From contig NZ_CP064927.1 in the NCBI RefSeq assembly GCF_018336915.1, forward strand, positions 90,001-122,000: a stretch of DNA of 32,000 bases, written 5' to 3'. Shown in pieces: positions 25,734 through 32,000 of this stretch (position 1 is the first letter of the stretch; every line of letters begins with the position of its first letter). Origin of the DNA: Acaryochloris marina S15 (GTDB lineage: Bacteria > Cyanobacteriota > Cyanobacteriia > Thermosynechococcales > Thermosynechococcaceae). The notes beneath the pieces are model-generated. The model had not been told where the DNA came from and ran no database searches. It saw nothing but the letters and a program-made list of their open reading frames with translations. A program made the position numbers and the translations under genes.

Positions 25734-28187
25734 ATGACACTCCTCATCTCCCCCATAACAACTCTGGTTCTGCTGTTTGTCTTCATTCTCCTGGGATACC
25801 TTGGTGTTCCCCTATGGATTTGGACTCTTTACGTTGCAGTAGGCATTGGCACACTCCAACCGTCTATTTGGATTTGGAGCCCCCTGATCGGTCTGGCAGT
25901 GGTGATCAACTGGCCCCTTTTACGCCGCTTGTTGCTCACTTCTGCTGTCGTCAAACTCCTTCAATCACTGCAGCTGTTTCCAAAAATTTCTTCAACAGAG
26001 CAGGCTGCGATCGAAGCGGGAAACGTCTGGGTTGATGGTGAATTTTTCACCGGAAAACCCAATTTTGAACTCATCCTTAACGAACCTTATCCCCAGCTCA
26101 CCCCTGATATCCAAGCTTTTCTAGATGGCCCTGTTGAACAAGTCTGCCGGATGGCCAGTGACTGGGAAATTTATCAGCGCCAGGACCTCCCCCCCGAAGT
26201 CTGGACCTATCTTAAACAGGAGCGGTTCTTTGGCATGATGATTCCTGAAGAATACGGGGGGCTGGGTTTCTCAAATCTGGCCTATAGCGCCGTGATGGTC
26301 AAACTTGCCTCCCGTTCATTTACCCATGTGGCGACAGTGGGGGTTACCAACTCCCTTGGTCCGGCTAAACTTCTACTCCGCTATGGCACCAAGGAACAGA
26401 AAAATCAATATTTACCTCGCTTAGCCAGTGGTGAAGATATCCCCTGCTTTGCCCTCACGGAACCCAAAGCCGGATCAGATGCCGCCAGCATTACATCTAG
26501 TGGGGTGGTATTTAAGGGGGATGATGGCCAGCTCTACCTCAAGCTCAATTGGAACAAGCGCTATATTACCCTGGGTGCGATCGCTACCCTCCTAGGTCTA
26601 GCGTTCCAACTCCATGACCCCGATAATCTCCTGGGTAAAGGCGAACACCCCGGCATAACCTGTGCTCTAATTCCCACTGAAACACCTGGGGTCATTCAGA
26701 ATCGTCGCCACGATCCAATGGGTGTCCCCTTCTATAACTCACCATTGGAAGGTCATGATGTAATCGTTCCAATTGAACAGATTATTGGTGGCCTTGAGCA
26801 AGCTGGTCAGGGTTGGAAAATGTTAATGCAGACCCTGGCAGCGGGACGCGGAATTAGCTTCCCGGCGACTTGTACGGGGGTTTCTAAGCTTGTAGCTCGT
26901 GTAGTTGGAGCCCATGCTGTAGTCCGTAAGCAGTTTGGTTTATCCATTGGCCGCTTTGAAGGGGTTGAAGAACCGCTAGCACGGATTGGTGGACTCACTT
27001 ACATGATTGATGCTGCCCGGCTCTATACCTGTGGAGCAGTAGATCAAGGCGAACAACCTGGGGTGGTCTCTGCAATCGCAAAATCCCAAACCACAGATCT
27101 GGCTCGTCGCGTCGTCCTGGATGGTATGGATATTCTGGGGGGAGCCGGGATTTGTCGCGGGCCTCGGAACCTACTAGCCAATATCTACACGGCCATGCCG
27201 ATTGCCATTACCGTGGAAGGAGCAAATATTCTGACGCGATCGCTGATGATATTTGGTCAGGGTGCAATTCGCAGTCATCCCTATATTTACGATGAGATTG
27301 TAGCCTTAGAGCAGTTGGATGTGGTTGCCTTTGATCAGTCTTTTTGGCCTCACCTTGGCCTCATCTTTCGTAACGGCGTTCGGGCTGGTCTGTTAAGCCT
27401 AACGCGGGGGCGGCTAGTTCGCTCTCCAGTTCAAGGCGAAACGGCAATTTACTATCACAAGTTAGCCTGGGCTTCAGCCACGTTTGCCAACCTCAGTGAT
27501 TTAGCGATGCTGTCCTTGGGGAGTGCTCTGAAGCGTCGAGAAAAGCTAACTGGACGTTTTGCAGACATTCTGGCCTGGCTGTATATGGGGTCAGCAACCC
27601 TTCGACGATTTGAAGCTGAAGGGCGACAGGTGCAAGATTTGCCTTTGGTTCACTGGGCCATGCAGTATACCTTTGCTCAAATTCAACGGGCAGTGGAAGG
27701 CATTATTGAAAATCTCCCGATCCTGAGTACTGGCTTGCAGAAACTTATATTAGGAATGTGGAGACTCAATCTCATTGGAACCATGCCCTCTGATGACCTA
27801 GGTCACCAGGTTGCCCAGGTTCTACAACAACCGGGGGTAGAGCGAGATCGGCTAACCTGTGATATTTATCTTCCCACTCACACGGAGGAGACTTTGGGGC
27901 GACTGGAAGAGGCTTTATGCTTAACGGTACAGACAACCCCTATCCTGAAACAAATTAAGGTTGCCATCGCAGCAGGGAAACTTCCCCCATCCAAACCAAT
28001 GGAGCTTGTTGATGCCGCCCTTGAGGAAGGAATCATCAATGCTGATGAAGCCCTATTACTTGGAAAAGCAGAAATGTTACGCAGCAATACAATTCAAGTG
28101 GACTCATTCACCGTGGCAGAATATCAGCAGAGACAGCCCATATCGCACGGTTCGTTAACAACTCATTTCGGGTTTTTATCCAGTTGA
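25734..28187 (+). CDS. fadE: large FadE-type acyl-CoA dehydrogenase with N-terminal membrane segment
   Basis: 817 aa, with AGGAG 8 nt upstream. It is collinear with the roughly 814-aa enterobacterial FadE as I recall it: N-terminal TM helices, FLDGPVEQVCRMASDW, NSLGPAKLL, IPCFALTEPKAGSDA, WNKRYITLGAIATLLGLAF, GITCALIP, AITVEGANILTRSLMIFGQGAIRSHPY. Confidence 0.9.
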   Translation: MTLLISPITTLVLLFVFILLGYLGVPLWIWTLYVAVGIGTLQPSIWIWSPLIGLAVVINWPLLRRLLLTSAVVKLLQSLQLFPKISSTEQAAIEAGNVWVDGEFFTGKPNFELILNEPYPQLTPDIQAFLDGPVEQVCRMASDWEIYQRQDLPPEVWTYLKQERFFGMMIPEEYGGLGFSNLAYSAVMVKLASRSFTHVATVGVTNSLGPAKLLLRYGTKEQKNQYLPRLASGEDIPCFALTEPKAGSDAASITSSGVVFKGDDGQLYLKLNWNKRYITLGAIATLLGLAFQLHDPDNLLGKGEHPGITCALIPTETPGVIQNRRHDPMGVPFYNSPLEGHDVIVPIEQIIGGLEQAGQGWKMLMQTLAAGRGISFPATCTGVSKLVARVVGAHAVVRKQFGLSIGRFEGVEEPLARIGGLTYMIDAARLYTCGAVDQGEQPGVVSAIAKSQTTDLARRVVLDGMDILGGAGICRGPRNLLANIYTAMPIAITVEGANILTRSLMIFGQGAIRSHPYIYDEIVALEQLDVVAFDQSFWPHLGLIFRNGVRAGLLSLTRGRLVRSPVQGETAIYYHKLAWASATFANLSDLAMLSLGSALKRREKLTGRFADILAWLYMGSATLRRFEAEGRQVQDLPLVHWAMQYTFAQIQRAVEGIIENLPILSTGLQKLILGMWRLNLIGTMPSDDLGHQVAQVLQQPGVERDRLTCDIYLPTHTEETLGRLEEALCLTVQTTPILKQIKVAIAAGKLPPSKPMELVDAALEEGIINADEALLLGKAEMLRSNTIQVDSFTVAEYQQRQPISHGSLTTHFGFLSS

Positions 28188-28226
28188 CCTGAAATATTGA
28201 CTCAACTCATTTCGGGTTTTATTCCA
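28159..28226 (+). repeat. 24-nt direct repeat pair spanning the fadE stop codon
   Basis: CAACTCATTTCGGGTTTTTATCCA (28159-28182) and CAACTCATTTCGGGTTTTATTCCA (28203-28226) match at 22 of 24 positions. The first copy encodes the last 8 codons of fadE. Confidence 0.6.
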
Positions 28227-28530
28227 TGGGTCAAATTACCTAAAACCCTTTCCCTGCATAGCCTTACATCGACACAGACTAAAATGGCTCTAGCCTTTAG
28301 TTTGACGTTCGATTAGGTGTGTGTCCCCGACTCGCGCAGTTTTCCCCCATATACCTAAAAACACTTACCCATAGAACTTCTAAGCGACAAGAATTAATAT
28401 CTAGTCAATTTTGACATCTATTTTAGGTGTATTCCAAGGGAGAAATCGAGTTTAAGGCCGTGACTTCAGTCTCATAAATGGAATATTCCTTAAATTGAAG
28501 CGCAGGATTGTACTGAAAACAGATACAACC

Positions 28531-30189
28531 CTAGTGGTCATAAGTCGGTGTAAAGATCGGCCTATCTCAAGCAGCTTCTTCGAACGGTTCAAGCTTCCAG
28601 TCGGGAAGAGTTCTGGTCTTTCTCCAGACCTCAAGCTCTCCATTCCGACTCAGAGCCTCCAAAGAAGCTAAGGCAGCCACCCCTTGAGCGGTCCACTTCA
28701 TACCTTTGTGTTTGCATCGGGCAGCAACACTCCAATCATTAAACTTCTCGACTCGATTACTGGCAATCCATAACCCGGCTCTGGAGCGCTTACTGTAGTT
28801 GGGTAAGTAAGGTCGTCTATTCTCCAAATAATTGATCAAGGTATCCAATGCATCCTCATTGCGCATTTGCCCCCGTAGAGCAGACAAACTATCGACAGCT
28901 TCTTGGATTTTCCCAGTCCACAACTGGGTTAGTAACTTCCCTTGAATCGACAAGCGATGGGCTTTATCGTGACACGCAGAACCGAGTTCTTGTTTGCACC
29001 GCTTAGCCAGATGATACCAGCACAGAATCATGGCCTTATTGTCGATTGGCAATGCTTCAAACCAGTTACGGATCCACTTGGCCCCATCCCCTAGCACCAT
29101 CAACTGGAGCTCACCGCGATGGACCCCTAGGAGTGCTAATAAACCCCCAACCTGAAACCATAATTTGGCTGAAGTTTCCGCACTAAAGTACCAGCTTTTT
29201 ACTGAGGTCATTACCACTGCAGTATAGTGCCAGATTTCCTTGCGCCCTGTTGTGGCCTGGGCTTTAACCTTGACTTCATCCGGCTGCACCATCACCCATC
29301 CTGCATCCACTTGGCGAGGTTGGTCACGCTGGATCGCCTCCACGATGGTCGGTGACCCAGCAAAGCCTACCGGGAAATCTAACTCTTCCAACTCTTCCAA
29401 CTCTTCATCTGGATCACCCTCTGCAATCTCTTCCAGGTCAGGGACAATGGACAAATGAGGGGCCTTTACTTGAAAAATTGAAGCGGCTGCTGGATCTTTT
29501 TCCCAGATCTCTGTTGCCCGTGCTTCCGTTGCCTGTTGAAGAGCAGCACCTTCTTGGCGGACGATTTTGAGGATGCTACTGCGAGCAATTAAATCTGTCT
29601 CCCCTGCTCGCTCCTCAATGCTCTCAAGGGTTTGAGTAGTGGTTTGATTGAGCAGTCCATCACAGACTGCATCTCGTAATCCTTGGGTGAGAAAAACCTG
29701 TTGAGGCGTCTGCCATGCATCAGCAGAGGGGAGCAACGATTTGCCATTTACCGATTGTCGTAACCGAATGCGGGGTACTGCAACGGTGCCAAAAATGGTC
29801 TTGAAAGTATAGACTTTGGACCCATTCCGGTGCAGTCTGCCTGCTTGTTTCCGGAATCGTTGCTCGAGCACCAGTTCGAGATCGGCACGTTGGATGGATT
29901 CTCGAAACAACTCTCGCTTAATTTGCTGGCCAGCAGTCTCAATGTGAGCTTCCAGATGCTGGGGGAGATCAGCATCCTGTTGAGGCATTTTGTAGCGGAC
30001 CTCTATCGTTGCTGTCACCGTGAGTACGTCATCATGAATCTCAACCGCTTGGGTATCGAACTGAGTCTCGACGTTTTCACTTCCCATTACCTGTATCCTG
30101 CTGCCAGTGTAGGGTAACGCTAACACGAAGTTCCTGATTTATCGTCCGCTTGGGATAGGCCGATCTTTACACCGACTTATGACCACTAG
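28531..30189 (-). mobile_element. insertion sequence, 1659 bp, 36-bp perfect terminal inverted repeats
   Basis: CTAGTGGTCATAAGTCGGTGTAAAGATCGGCCTATC at 28531-28566 has its exact reverse complement at 30154-30189, extendable inward to about 44 bp with 2 mismatches. A single transposase ORF fills the element. No target-site duplication is visible. Confidence 0.85.
28567..30126 (-). CDS. transposase (family not assignable by eye; possibly ISKra4-like)
   Basis: The 519-aa ORF occupies nearly the whole IR-bounded element and its stop abuts the left IR. The ORF track starts at a GTG. The ATG at 30087 (MGSENVETQF...) is an alternative start. Confidence 0.8.
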   Translation of the reverse strand: MLALPYTGSRIQVMGSENVETQFDTQAVEIHDDVLTVTATIEVRYKMPQQDADLPQHLEAHIETAGQQIKRELFRESIQRADLELVLEQRFRKQAGRLHRNGSKVYTFKTIFGTVAVPRIRLRQSVNGKSLLPSADAWQTPQQVFLTQGLRDAVCDGLLNQTTTQTLESIEERAGETDLIARSSILKIVRQEGAALQQATEARATEIWEKDPAAASIFQVKAPHLSIVPDLEEIAEGDPDEELEELEELDFPVGFAGSPTIVEAIQRDQPRQVDAGWVMVQPDEVKVKAQATTGRKEIWHYTAVVMTSVKSWYFSAETSAKLWFQVGGLLALLGVHRGELQLMVLGDGAKWIRNWFEALPIDNKAMILCWYHLAKRCKQELGSACHDKAHRLSIQGKLLTQLWTGKIQEAVDSLSALRGQMRNEDALDTLINYLENRRPYLPNYSKRSRAGLWIASNRVEKFNDWSVAARCKHKGMKWTAQGVAALASLEALSRNGELEVWRKTRTLPDWKLEPFEEAA

Positions 30190-32000
30190 GGACGGGCCGA
30201 TTATTACGAGTACTCCCGTCACCCAGTTTGGCCTGGCGGACGAAGTCTATCGCTATCAGCTCACGGCCAATGACCCTGAGGGGGATCCGTTGGTCTACAA
30301 ACTGCTGGATGCCCCCCTCGGTGCCGTGATTGATCAGGAGACGGGAGAGCTACTTTGGTATCCCAATACCAGCGTAACGGCGGGCAGCACCACGCAATTC
30401 TCCGTGCAGGTCGATGATCGGTTTGGCAATTCAGATCAGCAAACCTTTGAGGTCGATGTCGTCGGACAGCTGGGCAAGATTCAAGGGGTTGTTTTCTCTG
30501 ATCTCAATAACAATGGCTATCGCGATACCAGTCTGGTACAAGGGGACTCCCCCGATGTCGTCTTTGCCATTGATGTCTCGGGGAGTACAGGTTTCCGCCT
30601 CGTTGACTTAACAACGCAGGATATCAGCAGCTTGGATGAAACCACCGCGTCTATCCTCGATTTAGAACTGGCAACGACGATTGCTTTAAGTGAACAACTG
30701 ATTGACCAGGGGCTGGGAGATACCGCCAAGATTGGGGTGGTGTTATGGAATACCAGCGGTCAGATTTTGGATATGGATCTGGCCCAACCCGGTATCCAGC
30801 TGTATACCACTCCCCTAGCCGATACCAATAACAATGGCATCGCCGATCTGCGGGAAGCACTGGAAACAGTTAGTTCAGGTGGCTTTACGGACTTCACCCC
30901 CGGACTGACCACAGCGAAAGGGGTGTTGGATAGCCTAGGTGGTGATCCAAACTTGATCTTCCTCTCTGATGGTCGAGGGGACCTGGATGAATCCATTGTC
31001 ACTGAGATTAATGAAGCAGGGATTAACCTAACCGCCTTTGGGATTGGGGCCGGGTCCAGTCTGGACCAAATCCAGAAGGTGGACCCCAATGCGATTCAAA
31101 TCTCCAATGTTGATGAGCTAGTCAATATCTTTAGTGGCTGGGATCCTCGATATTCCGTGGAACCCCTGTTAGAGAACATCACGGTCTACCTGGACCACAA
31201 CAACAATGGCGTTCTAGATCCCGATGAGCCCTACCAACTGACTCAGCCCGATAGCGGTAACTCCCGGTTAGGTGAAACTCGCTACTATTACTCCTTCGAG
31301 AATCTATTGCCTGGAACCTATACCGTCCGTCAGGTGGTACCCAATGGCTATGAAGAGACGAATCCCAGTAGTGGATCCTTTGTAGATGAAGTGACGGTCT
31401 CTGGAGGAGAAGTCTATGAGCATCTCTTTGGTCTCCATCCCATTAGTGGGCCTGCCAATTCCAATCCGGTGTTTATCACGGAGGCTCCCACTACCCCGCT
31501 CCAGGTGGGTGAGGAATTTATCTATCGAGCCCTTGCCCAAGATCCTGATGCAGATCCGATTCGCTATGACCTGCCGTTGGCCCCAGATGGGGTAACGATT
31601 GATGAGTCAGGCAATATCACCTGGATTCCCCAAGCAGATCAGGTGGGTCGCTTTGATGTGATTCTGCGGGTGCGAGATGACCAGGGGGGCACAACGCTAC
31701 AGACCTTTGCATTAGAAGTTGAGTCCAATAATCAAGCCCCCACCTTCACGTCTGGCTTGGATCATGCTCAACCCCAGGTGGGTAAAGCCTTCCAATACCA
31801 AGCCAAAGCCATAGATGCCGATGGGGATGTGCTCACCTATGAACTGGTGTCGGGTCCAAGTGGCGTCACCTTAGATAGCCAGACGGGTCTACTGAACTGG
31901 ACCCCTGTGAGTTCACAGTTAGGGAATCGCACGGTTCAACTGCGAGCGTTGGATGGCCAAGGAGGAGAGGCGATTCAGACCTTGGATCTAAGGGTGATCA
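30179..32000 (+). CDS. cadherin-like repeat / VWA / SdrD-B-like surface protein fragment (5' part missing, 3' end beyond window)
   Basis: The frame is open from 30113 to the window end, and the first ATG (30179) lies inside the IS inverted repeat. Repeated units follow the pattern P.F.S.P....G..Y.YQ..A.DPDGD.L.Y.L...P.G..ID..TG...W.P. The VWA MIDAS motif is VVFAIDVSGSTG and ...LIFLSDGRGD. SdrD-B-like segments are FSDLNNNGYRD and YLDHNNNGVLDPDEP...LPGTYTVRQVVPNGYEETNP. Confidence 0.75.
   Translation, partial: MTTRDGPIITSTPVTQFGLADEVYRYQLTANDPEGDPLVYKLLDAPLGAVIDQETGELLWYPNTSVTAGSTTQFSVQVDDRFGNSDQQTFEVDVVGQLGKIQGVVFSDLNNNGYRDTSLVQGDSPDVVFAIDVSGSTGFRLVDLTTQDISSLDETTASILDLELATTIALSEQLIDQGLGDTAKIGVVLWNTSGQILDMDLAQPGIQLYTTPLADTNNNGIADLREALETVSSGGFTDFTPGLTTAKGVLDSLGGDPNLIFLSDGRGDLDESIVTEINEAGINLTAFGIGAGSSLDQIQKVDPNAIQISNVDELVNIFSGWDPRYSVEPLLENITVYLDHNNNGVLDPDEPYQLTQPDSGNSRLGETRYYYSFENLLPGTYTVRQVVPNGYEETNPSSGSFVDEVTVSGGEVYEHLFGLHPISGPANSNPVFITEAPTTPLQVGEEFIYRALAQDPDADPIRYDLPLAPDGVTIDESGNITWIPQADQVGRFDVILRVRDDQGGTTLQTFALEVESNNQAPTFTSGLDHAQPQVGKAFQYQAKAIDADGDVLTYELVSGPSGVTLDSQTGLLNWTPVSSQLGNRTVQLRALDGQGGEAIQTLDLRVI

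Noticed and set aside
28280-28340. GTTCGATT-containing stretch downstream of fadE as a possible tRNA
   Set aside because: No T-arm pairing, acceptor stem or anticodon arm can be drawn around it.
30414-31540. ORFs 30414-30611 (plus, alternative frame) and 30517-30729, 30651-30860, 30760-31089, 31304-31540 (minus) inside the adhesin gene
   Set aside because: They are fully overlapped by a long open frame with clear cadherin-like, VWA and SdrD-B-like motifs. Their translations are low-complexity.

Overview
This is an accessory-looking 32-kb window, most likely from a cyanobacterial replicon. Evidence for that origin: six perfect HIP1 octamers (GCGATCGC), a small RRM-type RNA-binding protein and a CBS/PAS hybrid kinase.

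Left third (about 2.0-9.95 kb): a visibly AT-rich island with a minus-strand double-glycine (GG) peptide export locus.
- It holds six GG-leader precursor genes. Three of them form a 351-bp tandem triplication with a 20-nt hypervariable patch.
- It also holds a HlyD-family adaptor and a C39-peptidase ABC transporter.
- No modification or immunity genes are present, and the predicted cores are Cys-free, with the triplicated ones strongly acidic. This is my best candidate for an undescribed system: secreted matrix or signalling peptides rather than classical bacteriocins.
- Upstream lie about 2 kb of ORF-free AT-rich DNA and an IS4-family element with intact 9-bp target duplications.

Middle:
- a WecG/TagA-type glycosyltransferase and an RRM RNA-binding protein;
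- a CBS-PAS hybrid histidine kinase with a broken reading frame, and a CheY-like receiver;
- a second IS whose transposase carries an in-frame TGA;
- an unlisted 46-aa ribbon-helix-helix ORF.

Right third:
- a complete beta-oxidation operon (acyl-CoA synthetase, HACD/ECH bifunctional enzyme, thiolase, FadE-type dehydrogenase). The bifunctional gene and the thiolase gene are frameshifted at homopolymer runs, and the synthetase has a 32-codon insertion inside its P-loop motif;
- a third IS (36-bp perfect IRs, no target duplication) abutting a 5'-truncated cadherin-like/VWA adhesin gene that runs off the window.

All calls come from reading the sequence and the ORF track by eye. No database search was run.
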